Shown: one piece after another, positions 9,079-18,076 of the stretch
Layout: the number at the start of each line of letters is the position of its first letter
Numbering within the stretch: position 1 is the stretch's first letter
DNA from: Alphaproteobacteria bacterium
GTDB lineage: Bacteria > Pseudomonadota > Alphaproteobacteria > UBA828
Assembly: GCA_965214705.1 (NCBI GenBank)
Contig: OZ243972.1
Location: forward strand, 3,200,001-3,264,000
DNA: 64,000 bases
Reading direction: 5' to 3'
Notes under the pieces: generated by a model
Seen by the model: only the letters and a program-made list of their open reading frames with translations
What the model was told of the DNA's origin: nothing
The model's database searches: none
Program-made: the position numbers and the translations under genes

Positions 9079-10068
9079 GTGGCGGTCGAAGTCAAAGGCA
9101 TGAAGACGTGGAGCGGCCTCGCCGAGAAGCGGCGGCGGCCCAGCGAGTACGAAGTCGTCACTACCAATCTGCAGACCCGCACGCGGCACCCGGATCAGGC
9201 CTACGAGCTTTCGCCGGCGCCGGACCTGGGGATGAACGAATTCTACAAGCAGAACGTCTCGGAGAGCCCGTTCCAGCACCCGGACTGGGAGGGATATCGC
9301 GACCCCGACGAGATGATCTACCGCGTCTACACGCGAATTCAGGACCAGCAGGAGCAGTACGTCGACGGTCTGCTCGACGAGCACAACGAGATCGGCCACG
9401 ACGCGACGCTCAGTGACGCCTGGCTCGACGCGCTGGAGCGACTCTACACGCCCCGACGCTTCCTGCAGATGGCGCTGCAGATGGGCGCGGCCTATCTGGT
9501 GCAGATTGCGCCCGCGAGCACGATTACGGCCTGCGCCGGGTTTCAGGACGGCGACGAGTTTCGCTGGCTTTCCCGCTGCGCCTACCGGGCGCGCGAGCTG
9601 CAGCGCGCGCATCCTTCGCGCGGCTTCGGCCAGACCGAGCGCCGCACCTGGGAGGAGGAGCCCGCCTGGCAGGGCTTCCGCGAGTTGCTGGAGAGGACGC
9701 TCTCCACCTACGACTGGGGCGAGCACTTCGTGGCGCTCAACCTGGTGGCGAAACCGGCGGCGGACGAGGCGCATCGCCAGCTCGGCCGCGTCGGGCGGCG
9801 CTTCGACGACGGTCTGCTCGGGCTGCTAGCCGACAACCAGATGCGGGACAGCGAGCGTTCGCGGCGCTGGAGCGCGGCGCTCGTCGCCTTCTCGCTGGAG
9901 AACGAGGCGAACGCCGCCGTCCTCAGCGGCTGGATCGAGAAGTGGATGCCACTCGCGCGCCAGGCGGTCGATACCTATTGCGGCGCGCTGCCGGAGCAGG
10001 ACGACGCAGCGGACGCCACTCTCGCGGCAGTCGAGGCCTTCCACCGGAGCCTCGGTCTCGACGCTTAG
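9079..10068 (+). CDS. monooxygenase hydroxylase beta subunit (TmoE-like)
   Basis: KTWSGLAEKRRRPSEYEVVTTNL, W..YRDPD, WQGFREL.E..L..YDWGE; GTG start after AGGGAG. Confidence 0.9.
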   Translation: MAVEVKGMKTWSGLAEKRRRPSEYEVVTTNLQTRTRHPDQAYELSPAPDLGMNEFYKQNVSESPFQHPDWEGYRDPDEMIYRVYTRIQDQQEQYVDGLLDEHNEIGHDATLSDAWLDALERLYTPRRFLQMALQMGAAYLVQIAPASTITACAGFQDGDEFRWLSRCAYRARELQRAHPSRGFGQTERRTWEEEPAWQGFRELLERTLSTYDWGEHFVALNLVAKPAADEAHRQLGRVGRRFDDGLLGLLADNQMRDSERSRRWSAALVAFSLENEANAAVLSGWIEKWMPLARQAVDTYCGALPEQDDAADATLAAVEAFHRSLGLDA

Positions 10069-10249
10069 GGCGATTCCGCCTTCGGCGGAAACGCCCACGC
10101 CATTATTCGCTCACGGCAGCCGGCCGTCGCGCGAGTCAGCGCGCCTATGGGCGCGACGACCGGCGCCTCCGCGAGGGCGCCGCATAAGCGGCGGGCCGCG
10201 GTCGCGGCCTGTCGCGAACCCGTCGAAGACGGGTTCGCTCCCGCCCTAC
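10066..10249. repeat. REP/MITE-like structured element between convergent genes
   Basis: Ends TAGGGCG / CGCCCTA are inverted; internal hairpins TTCCGCC-TTC-GGCGGAA and GCGAACCCGTC-GAA-GACGGGTTCGC; minus strand reads GTAG followed by a hairpin. Confidence 0.5.
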
Positions 10250-10253
10250 GCCC

Positions 10254-10943
10254 TCACCACGGGATGATCGTGCGCTCGGGCGCGTGCCAGAAGGCGGGCT
10301 GAGCGCCGGGCTCGGCAGGCTCGACCTGATCGATGCGCTCGATCAGGGCGGCGGCGGCGTCCTCCGGCGGGCGTGCTTCCTGGCGTTCGTCGTCGAAGGT
10401 CATGGCGGTCGCGACCATGCCGGGGTGCAGGACCACCGCGGCGATGCCGCGCTTCCCAAGATCGTGGGCGAGGTTGACCGCCACCATATTGGCCGCGCAC
10501 TTGGAGACGCGATAGCCGTAGAGCCCGCCCGAGCGGTTGTCGCCGAGCGAGCCGATGCGGCTGGTGATGAAGGCGACCGTCGACCCCGGCTTCAGCCGAC
10601 CCAGCAGGGCCTCCGTCACACGGAGCGGACCCAGCGTGTTGACCTCGAACTGCCGGCGGATGGCGTCGTAGTCGAGCGCGCCCAACTCGTCGCGCGCGGC
10701 AATCCCGGCGTTGTTGATGAGCAGATCGAGCGTCGTGCTGGAGTCCGCGAGCCGCTCGGCAAGGCCTTGCACCGCATCGTCGGAGGTCACGTCCACGCCG
10801 GGCTCGACCCTGATGCCGAGCGCCCGCAGCTCGTCGGAATCGCCCAGACAGGCCGCGATGACGGCGTCGCCGCGTGCGTGACAGGCGCGGCAGAGCGCGT
10901 TGCCGATGCCGCGATCGGCGCCCGTGACCAGAACGGTGCTCAC
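10254..10943 (-). CDS. short-chain dehydrogenase/reductase (CsgA-like)
   Basis: TGADRGIG, NNAG, YRVSK catalytic motif, LHPGMV. Confidence 0.9.
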   Translation of the reverse strand: MSTVLVTGADRGIGNALCRACHARGDAVIAACLGDSDELRALGIRVEPGVDVTSDDAVQGLAERLADSSTTLDLLINNAGIAARDELGALDYDAIRRQFEVNTLGPLRVTEALLGRLKPGSTVAFITSRIGSLGDNRSGGLYGYRVSKCAANMVAVNLAHDLGKRGIAAVVLHPGMVATAMTFDDERQEARPPEDAAAALIERIDQVEPAEPGAQPAFWHAPERTIIPW

Positions 10944-10973
10944 GGCACAGCCTGCCGCCCCGGCCTGCGTCGT

Positions 10974-12989
10974 TCAGGCGACCCGGAGCGTCGGCTGCTC
11001 ATTGCGCGCCTGCCCCGGCACCTCCCAGTGGGCCGCGGTGCGGCGGCGCAGCATGTCGCGGAACTGCCGGGTGGTGTTGGGTAGAAGCTCGCCCGTGCCC
11101 CAGTCCACGATCACGCCGTACTGGCGAATCAGGTCGAGCGCGTCGAGCTCCTTGCTGCGGTACTTGGCTGCGATGTCCTCCGCATCCACGTCGAGCCAGG
11201 CGTGGCGCTGGGTGCGGATGCGCTCGCGCTCAGCCGCGGTCGCTGCTTCATCCACCTCGTATTCGGCGAGGTCGGCATCGATCTCGCGGACCACGACGCC
11301 ATAGTCCTTCTTCGCCCGCTCGATGGAGACGTAGCCGTCGGCCACGTCCTCGCACACCGTTGCGGGATCGCGCGTGAGGGGGTCGCCGAGCCCGCCGCCG
11401 CCGGCCGACGGCCGGGTCACGGTGTCGCCGGCCTCCACCGGCACGCCCGAGAAGATCGAGCCCAGGTAGCGTTCGCCCTGCGTGCCGGGATTGACCCAGA
11501 CCCCGTGCGGAATCGACGGCAGCCCGCCCCAGAGCCCCCAGGTCACCGAGCGCTCGCGGTCGCAGCAGTAAGAGACCACCGAGCGCTCCGCCTTGGTGAG
11601 GATCGCGCCCTTCTCGACGCCGAGGCCGCCGCGCGAGTTGCCGGGCCCGCCGGAATCGACGATGAGCTCGTGGCCGGTGGTCAGCACCGGGGCGAGCCGC
11701 TCCTGCCCCTCGAAGGGCTGGGTGCCGAGCTGGACGCCGAAGACCGGCCCGGTGGCGCCCCAGCCGTCGCGGCCGTTGCGCGCGCCCCAGCCGCCCACCA
11801 TCCAGTCGTACCACATGAAGTAGGGGCGGTCCTCCTTGCGGCCGTCGCGCCCGCCGATCAGCAGGTACTCGAGGTTGAAGGTGCAGGCCATGGCGCGCTC
11901 GGGCAGGATTTCGGCCCAGAGCTCGAACACCGAGTTCATGATCTTCTCGAACGGGCCCGAGCAGAAGCCCGCGACAGGCGTCGGCCAGTCCGCGTTGACC
12001 ACGGTGCCCTTGGGTCCGAGATCGACCGTGACCACCCGGTAGAAGCCGGAGTTCAGCGGGATGTCGGGCGATTGCATCTTGGTGCCGGCGACGATGGCCG
12101 CGAAGGCGCCGCCGTAGCAGCAGTTGAGGAAGGTCGAGATCGTCTTCGGGTGCGAGCCGGAGAGATCGTAGTGCACGCTGTCGCCGTCGATGGTCATCTT
12201 GATGCGGATCGGGATCAGCCCCTCGCCGGCGACCGGGTCCACGTCGATGTAGTCCTCGGTCTCCCACACGCCGTCGGGCAGCCTGGCGATGCGCTGGCGA
12301 GTCAGCGTCTCCACGTAATCCTGCACCTCGGCGAAGGAGGTCTGGATCACGTCGACGCCGTACTTGTCGCAGAGCCGGCCGACCTCCCGCTCCGCGACGT
12401 TGCAGGCCTCGGCCTGGGCCTGGAGGTCGCCGATGATGTCGGCGGGCGCGCGGGTGTTGTTGGCGATCAGCTCCGCCACGTCCGAGAGGTACTCGCCCTT
12501 GCTGTAGACCCGTACCGGCGTGATGCGGAGCCCCTCGGCCATGTGGTCGAGCGCGCTCACGTTGAACGAGCCCGGCACCGCGCCGCCGACATCGGCCCAG
12601 TGCCCGTTGGCCTGGGAGAAGCCGAGGTGGATGCCCTTGTAGAAAATGGGGCGGACGATGCGCGTGTCGTTGAAGTGGGTGCCGCCCTGGTAGACGTCGT
12701 TCACGACGAAGGTATCGCCGGGGTGGATGTCGTCGCCGAACTTGTTGATGACGGCCTGGGCGGTGTAGTGCAGCGTGCCCACGTGGGCGGCGATGTCGCC
12801 CGAGCCCTGCATGATGGTGTTGCCTTCGGTGTCGCAGATCGCCGAGGAAAAATCCCGCGACCAGATCACGAAGGAGTAGCAGGTGCGGAAAATCTGCTCC
12901 GCCATCTGGTCGACGATGTTGACGTAGGCGTTCTTGAGCACCTCGAAGGTCACGGGGTCGAGCGTGTAGCCTTCTCCGTTCTTGCTCAT
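10974..12989 (-). CDS. hydantoinase B / oxoprolinase family subunit
   Basis: LDPVTFEV, RDFSSAI, HVGTL, GTHFND, GHWADVGG, GGGGLGDP. Confidence 0.92.
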   Translation of the reverse strand: MSKNGEGYTLDPVTFEVLKNAYVNIVDQMAEQIFRTCYSFVIWSRDFSSAICDTEGNTIMQGSGDIAAHVGTLHYTAQAVINKFGDDIHPGDTFVVNDVYQGGTHFNDTRIVRPIFYKGIHLGFSQANGHWADVGGAVPGSFNVSALDHMAEGLRITPVRVYSKGEYLSDVAELIANNTRAPADIIGDLQAQAEACNVAEREVGRLCDKYGVDVIQTSFAEVQDYVETLTRQRIARLPDGVWETEDYIDVDPVAGEGLIPIRIKMTIDGDSVHYDLSGSHPKTISTFLNCCYGGAFAAIVAGTKMQSPDIPLNSGFYRVVTVDLGPKGTVVNADWPTPVAGFCSGPFEKIMNSVFELWAEILPERAMACTFNLEYLLIGGRDGRKEDRPYFMWYDWMVGGWGARNGRDGWGATGPVFGVQLGTQPFEGQERLAPVLTTGHELIVDSGGPGNSRGGLGVEKGAILTKAERSVVSYCCDRERSVTWGLWGGLPSIPHGVWVNPGTQGERYLGSIFSGVPVEAGDTVTRPSAGGGGLGDPLTRDPATVCEDVADGYVSIERAKKDYGVVVREIDADLAEYEVDEAATAAERERIRTQRHAWLDVDAEDIAAKYRSKELDALDLIRQYGVIVDWGTGELLPNTTRQFRDMLRRRTAAHWEVPGQARNEQPTLRVA

Positions 12990-13011
12990 TGTCTCTTCCT
13001 CGCTCTCTGCA

Positions 13012-15066
13012 TCAGCCTTCGGCCTGCGGAATGTGCATGACGATGGTGTGCCAGGGGTCGACCTCGGCCTTGAGGCCGGGCGGCACCAGCACCGTGGAAT
13101 CGAGCTGCTCGATGATCGCCGGCCCTTCGACCACCGCGCCGGCGTGCAGGGCGTCGCGGTCGTAGATGGGCGTCATGATCGCGTCAGGCGCCTCGTCGAA
13201 GACCACCGGCCGCTCGGTCTCGGGCGCCGGCGCCGAGCGGTCCATCTCTTCCCTCGCGAACTCCGCCTTCTGCGAAAGCCCGGTGGCGGTGACCGTGAGG
13301 CGGTAGATCTCGACCGGCGCATCGGGCCTGGAATAGTTGTGCTCGCGGCCGTGCTCCTCGTGGAACTGGGCGATCGCCGCATCCAGCGAGCCGGCAGTCG
13401 CGTCCACCTTGATCGACATGGAGCGCCACTGGCCGAGGTAGCGCATGTCGACGAAGCGCTCGAACTGCATGCGGTCCTCGGTCACGCCCTCGTGTAGGAG
13501 CCGCTCGCGGCCCTCGTCCTCCAGCGTGCTGAAGGTCTGCTCGACCTCCTCGATCTTCGCATCGTCGGTAGAGCGCAGATACATCTGCGACATGTCGTGC
13601 TTGATATCCACCAGCAGGCAGCCGAGCGCGGAGGTGACGCCGGGGTTCGGCGGTACCAGCACGGTCGGGATCGAAAGGTCGCGGGCGAGCGCCACGCCAT
13701 GCAGCGGCCCGGCGCCGCCGAACACTGTCAGCGCGAAGTCGCGCGGGTCGTAGCCCCGCCGGATCGAGACCAGGCGCACGGCGTCCGCCATGTTGGCGTT
13801 GGCCACCTGGAGTATGGAGACAGCCGCCTCCTGCACCGTGAGCCCGAGCGGGTCGGCGATGCGGCGCTTGATCGCCTCTTCGGCGAGCGAGCGGTCCAGG
13901 GTGACGGCGCCGCCCGCGAGCCTGTCGCTGATGCGGCCGAGGACGATGTTGGCGTCGGAGTTGGTGGGCTCCACGCCGCCCCGGCCGTAGCAGGCGGGAC
14001 CGGGCGACGAGCCTGCCGACTGCGGGCCGTTGCGGAGCGAGTTGGCCTCGTCGATCCAGGCGAGCGAGCCGCCGCCCGCGCCGATGGTCAGCACCTCGAT
14101 GCTAGGGAAGCAGATCGGGTAGCCGTACTGCACGTACCAGTCGGTGGTGACCCGCAGGTTGCCCCGGTCGCAGAGCGAGACGTCGGTGCTGGTGCCGCCC
14201 ATGTCCAGGCTGATCGAGTTCTCGTAGCCAGCGAGCTGGGCGACGAAGCGGCTCGCGATGGCGCCCGCCGCGATGCCAGAAGCGGCGAGCCGGGCCGCGA
14301 ACTTGGACGCCGTGCTCTCGGTCATCACGCCGCCACCGGAGTGCAGCAGCAGAATGTCCTCTTCGTAGCCGCCTTCGCGGAGCCGCGTGGCGAGGCGCCC
14401 CACGTAGTCGCCGGCGACCGGCGCGAGCACGGCGTTGGCCACCGTCGTCGAGAAGCGCTCGTGCTCGAAGATCTCGGGCATGATCTCGCTGGAGAGCGAG
14501 ATGGAGGCGCCGGGGACTTCCTCTTCGAGGATGTCGCGCATGCGGCGCTCGTTCTCGGGATTGGCGAAGGCGTTGGCGAAGCAGACGGCGATGGTCGTCA
14601 CGCCGCGCTTGTTGATGATGCGGGCGGCCTCCCGCGCCTCCGCCTCGTTCACCGGCTCGATGACCGCGCCGCTGTAGTCGATGCGCTCGCTGACCACCAG
14701 GCGGTTGCGGCGCTGGATGTAGGGCGGCGCCATCTCCTTATAGGTGTCCCACAGGTCGTCGCGGGTGCCTCGGCGGATCTCGATCACGTCGCGGAAGCCC
14801 TTGGTGGTGACCATGATCGCGGGCGGGAAGTTGCGCGTGATCAGCGCGTTGGTGGCGAGCGTGGTGCCGTGAGCGAAGAGCACCATGTCCTGGAGGTCCA
14901 CCCCGCCGGCCCTGATGCCCTCCAGCACGCCGTCGATGGGGTCGGGCGTCGTCGGGGTCTTGGCGACGCGCATCTGGCCGGACGCTTCGTCTAGGACGCA
15001 CACGTCGGTGAAGGTGCCGCCGACATCACACGCGACGCGAACGGCCGCCCTCGACACGTCATTCAT
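13012..15066 (-). CDS. hydantoinase A / oxoprolinase family ATP-binding subunit
   Basis: DVGGTFTD, HGTTLATNA, DMGGTSTD, IGAGGGS, GPQSAGSSPGPACYG, FGGAGPLH. Confidence 0.93.
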   Translation of the reverse strand: MNDVSRAAVRVACDVGGTFTDVCVLDEASGQMRVAKTPTTPDPIDGVLEGIRAGGVDLQDMVLFAHGTTLATNALITRNFPPAIMVTTKGFRDVIEIRRGTRDDLWDTYKEMAPPYIQRRNRLVVSERIDYSGAVIEPVNEAEAREAARIINKRGVTTIAVCFANAFANPENERRMRDILEEEVPGASISLSSEIMPEIFEHERFSTTVANAVLAPVAGDYVGRLATRLREGGYEEDILLLHSGGGVMTESTASKFAARLAASGIAAGAIASRFVAQLAGYENSISLDMGGTSTDVSLCDRGNLRVTTDWYVQYGYPICFPSIEVLTIGAGGGSLAWIDEANSLRNGPQSAGSSPGPACYGRGGVEPTNSDANIVLGRISDRLAGGAVTLDRSLAEEAIKRRIADPLGLTVQEAAVSILQVANANMADAVRLVSIRRGYDPRDFALTVFGGAGPLHGVALARDLSIPTVLVPPNPGVTSALGCLLVDIKHDMSQMYLRSTDDAKIEEVEQTFSTLEDEGRERLLHEGVTEDRMQFERFVDMRYLGQWRSMSIKVDATAGSLDAAIAQFHEEHGREHNYSRPDAPVEIYRLTVTATGLSQKAEFAREEMDRSAPAPETERPVVFDEAPDAIMTPIYDRDALHAGAVVEGPAIIEQLDSTVLVPPGLKAEVDPWHTIVMHIPQAEG

Positions 15067-15172
15067 TCCTAACGGTCCTCTCCCTTATGTCCCTGCAACC
15101 GACGGCTGCCGCCGCGCGCGGCGGCACAGCTTATTCGGAAGGCGCCCCGAGACCTAGGGTGAGAAAGGCGCC

Positions 15173-16051
15173 CTAACACTTGAGGATGGGGCGGGCGTTC
15201 TTGCCGGCGATGGCGGGGCGGAGCGCGCCCCACGCGTTGAACAGAGCCTCGTGAGCCTGCCAGGTTTCGTGGCTCAGGATGCGGACGATCACCAGGTTGC
15301 CGATGCGGGTGACGCCGGCCTCGGTGCCGTCCACGCCTTCGATCGCCTCGTGCACGTCGTCCTCGACATCCGGCGGCAGATCAGGCGCGTAGCCGAACGC
15401 CATTGCCATGTGCAGCCGGCCGAGCCAGAGCCGCTGCAGCGCGGCGATAGTCTCGGGCGTGGTCGCCACCAGGCGGTCGAGAGCGACCAGGCGGCCGCCG
15501 ATGACGATGCGGAACTCCGAGACCAGATGGTGGAAGCGAAAGACCTCGCCGTCGCCGTAGTGCACGCGGCCGGCCGAGACCATGTCGGTGGCGAAGAGCC
15601 GGGACGAGGGCTCCAGCGCGATCCGGTTGATCCGGTGCACCCGGCTGCGGGCGAAGGGGATCGCCTCGTCCGGGCAGAACTCCAGCAGCGCATTCTCGCC
15701 CACGTGGAGGTCCACGATCTCGCGCGAAATGGCGCCGCCGGGGCACTTGTAGAACTTGCTCGACGCGGTGGTGGTGAAGAGGGCGCGGGTGCCGGGCTCC
15801 AGCACGCCGTGGAAGTGCGAGACGTCGCCCTCGACGAAGCCGCCGCCGCTGTTCACCAGCAGCATGAACGGCTGGTCGTCGTGGTCCTGGTAGTGGTAGC
15901 CCTGCCACTGGAAGGGAATGCGCCAGCAGAGCGGGTCGATTTCCGTGCGCCCGAGCCTGCTCGACGCGCGGACGTTCATCAGCGCGTACTTACCGACGAT
16001 CCATTCGGGATCAGGCTGTACCGGCGCGCTGCTCGGCTCCGTCATGCCCAT
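15173..16051 (-). CDS. ureD: urease accessory protein UreD
   Basis: [37 protein letters not shown]; position in the ure operon. Confidence 0.85.
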   Translation of the reverse strand: MGMTEPSSAPVQPDPEWIVGKYALMNVRASSRLGRTEIDPLCWRIPFQWQGYHYQDHDDQPFMLLVNSGGGFVEGDVSHFHGVLEPGTRALFTTTASSKFYKCPGGAISREIVDLHVGENALLEFCPDEAIPFARSRVHRINRIALEPSSRLFATDMVSAGRVHYGDGEVFRFHHLVSEFRIVIGGRLVALDRLVATTPETIAALQRLWLGRLHMAMAFGYAPDLPPDVEDDVHEAIEGVDGTEAGVTRIGNLVIVRILSHETWQAHEALFNAWGALRPAIAGKNARPILKC

Positions 16052-16655
16052 CCATCAGGAGAACGTCGCGCTCGATCCAGGCGATCACCTCGGCAAGGCC
16101 ATCGCCGGCGCGCAGGTTGGTGAAGAGGAAAGGCCGCGTGCCCCGCATCTTCCTGGAATCGCGCTCCATCACGCCGAGGTCGGCGCCTACCATCGGCGCG
16201 AGGTCGATCTTGTTGATGACCAGCAGCGGCGACTTGGTTATGCCGGGTCCGCCCTTGCGCGGGATCTTGTCGCCCTCGGCCACGTCGATCACGTAGATGT
16301 AGCTGTCCACCAGCTCGGGGCTGAAGGTCGCCGCGAGATTGTCGCCGCCGCTCTCGACGAAGACGATGTCGAGGTCGGGATGCAGCGCCGCCATCTCCTC
16401 GATGGCGTGGGCGTTCATCGAGACATCCTCGCGGATCGCCGTGTGCGGGCAGCCGCCGGTCTCGACCCCGGCCACGCGCTCGGGCGCGATGGCGCCCGAC
16501 TTGATGACGAACTCGGCGTCTTCTTTGGTGTAGATGTCGTTGGTGATGGCGGCCAGCGAATGGTTCGGCCCCATGCTGCGGCAGAGCGACACCAGCAGCG
16601 CCGTCTTGCCCGACCCCACCGGCCCGCCGATGCCGATCCTGACCGGCTTGCGCAT
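16011..16655 (-). CDS. ureG: urease accessory GTPase UreG
   Basis: [33 protein letters not shown]. Confidence 0.95.
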   Translation of the reverse strand: MRKPVRIGIGGPVGSGKTALLVSLCRSMGPNHSLAAITNDIYTKEDAEFVIKSGAIAPERVAGVETGGCPHTAIREDVSMNAHAIEEMAALHPDLDIVFVESGGDNLAATFSPELVDSYIYVIDVAEGDKIPRKGGPGITKSPLLVINKIDLAPMVGADLGVMERDSRKMRGTRPFLFTNLRAGDGLAEVIAWIERDVLLMDGHDGAEQRAGTA

Positions 16656-16730
16656 CCACAAGTCTCCCCGTTTTCCTGCGTCTAACGTCGCGTTTCCGAA
16701 ACGAAAGAGTAGAGTGCTCCCGTCCCCGTC

Positions 16731-16822
16731 TCGTCATGGCCGGGCTTGACCCGGCCATCCACTCGCGCATCCCGGTCTTGCTTGGACCGACTGGATGCCC
16801 GGATCAAGTCCGGGCATGACGA
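16731..16822. repeat. alphaproteobacterial intergenic palindromic repeat pair inside the ure operon
   Basis: TCGTCATGGCCGGGCTTGACCCGGCCATCCA and its inverted near-copy TGGATGCCCGGATCAAGTCCGGGCATGACGA. Confidence 0.75.
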
Positions 16823-16872
16823 CAGGAGGTCGATGGCACCCGTGCGCATTTTCAAGACACGACGCCAGACTA

Positions 16873-17571
16873 TCACGACATGCAGAGCCGCGTGTGCAGG
16901 CGCTCGTGGCGCATGCTGGCGACATCGAGGCCGGCGGTGGCGCTGCCGAGTGTGTCCAGCTCCATGGCGCAGGCGTTCTCGGTGCCCTGTGTCAGCAGCG
17001 GCCAGGCCTCCCTGACGATGCGCTGGCTCTCGATCTGGCCGAGCGGGATCAGCCGTGCCCCGACGCTGACGAGGTTGGAGAGCGCGGCGTGTAGGAAGGC
17101 GAGCACCGCGTCGTCGGAGCCGATCCCCTGCGCCTCCGCCGCCGCGCCGAAGATCACCGCCTGATGTCCCTCGCAGCGCCCGTCGCGCACCGCCTCCGCA
17201 AAGGGCGCGAGGGACTCCGCCGAGAAGACGTCGCGATAGGCGCCCAGCAGCGCGCGCCCGGTCTTGAACGAGGCCTCGCGCGCTTCCCGACTGAGCTTGA
17301 GCGCGCCCACGACGTGGTCGAGGTCCACCAGCCCGTCGAGATCGCCTGCGGCGGCGCGGCGATGGGCATGGGCGACCGCGGCGCCATCCGTCGGCACGGC
17401 GGCGTAGCCGAGCCAGTCCCGGCAGGCGCTCTCGAAGCTCGCGGCGTCGTCCAGCGCGCCCGAGTCGATCCAGGTCTCGAAGCCGTAGGAGTGGTTGAAC
17501 GCGCCGGTCGGGAACGAGGCGTTCGCAACTTGCAGCAGGTAGAGGAGCCGGTCGGGCGCGTCAGTGCTCAT
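16873..17571 (-). CDS. ureF: urease accessory protein UreF
   Basis: FPTGAFNHSYGFE, LIPLGQ, RHERLHTRLCMS C-terminus. Confidence 0.92.
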   Translation of the reverse strand: MSTDAPDRLLYLLQVANASFPTGAFNHSYGFETWIDSGALDDAASFESACRDWLGYAAVPTDGAAVAHAHRRAAAGDLDGLVDLDHVVGALKLSREAREASFKTGRALLGAYRDVFSAESLAPFAEAVRDGRCEGHQAVIFGAAAEAQGIGSDDAVLAFLHAALSNLVSVGARLIPLGQIESQRIVREAWPLLTQGTENACAMELDTLGSATAGLDVASMRHERLHTRLCMS

Positions 17572-18052
17572 GGTGATGGTCGTGGTGGCCGTGGTGATCG
17601 TGATGGTGGTGGGCGCCGTGAGCGCCGTAGCGGCGGCCGACGAAGGGGATGGTGCGCTCCTCGTAGGAGATGCCGAGACGCGTGAGCAGATCCGCCACCA
17701 TGGGATCGGCCGGGGTCAGCATCCCCTCGTCGGTGAAGCGGACCGGCCGGTGCAGGTTGCCGAGCTGATAGCCGGCGACGCCCCAGGTGTACGCGTCGTC
17801 CGGGCTGACGACGTAGAGCGCCTCCGGCGCGGCGCGCGCCACCACCGCCGTGGTGCCTTCCAGCGCGAGCACGTCGCCGTCGTTGATCTCGGTGCCGCGC
17901 GGGAGCGAGATGCGCACGTCGCGCCCCCCTTCGGAGCGTCCCACCAGATGGGCGCTGGCACGCTCCTCCGAGTTGAGCAGCACCGGGTCCTCGCTCTCGA
18001 ATCGGCTGCGCAGGGACTCGATCGTGCCGAGGACCTCGGTGACGACCGCCAT
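17561..18052 (-). CDS. ureE: urease accessory nickel chaperone UreE
   Basis: YQLGNLH and His-rich tail HHHHDHHGHHDHHHEH. Confidence 0.9.
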   Translation of the reverse strand: MAVVTEVLGTIESLRSRFESEDPVLLNSEERASAHLVGRSEGGRDVRISLPRGTEINDGDVLALEGTTAVVARAAPEALYVVSPDDAYTWGVAGYQLGNLHRPVRFTDEGMLTPADPMVADLLTRLGISYEERTIPFVGRRYGAHGAHHHHDHHGHHDHHHEH

Positions 18053-18076
18053 GCGTGCCGTCGCCTCCGCCGCCCC

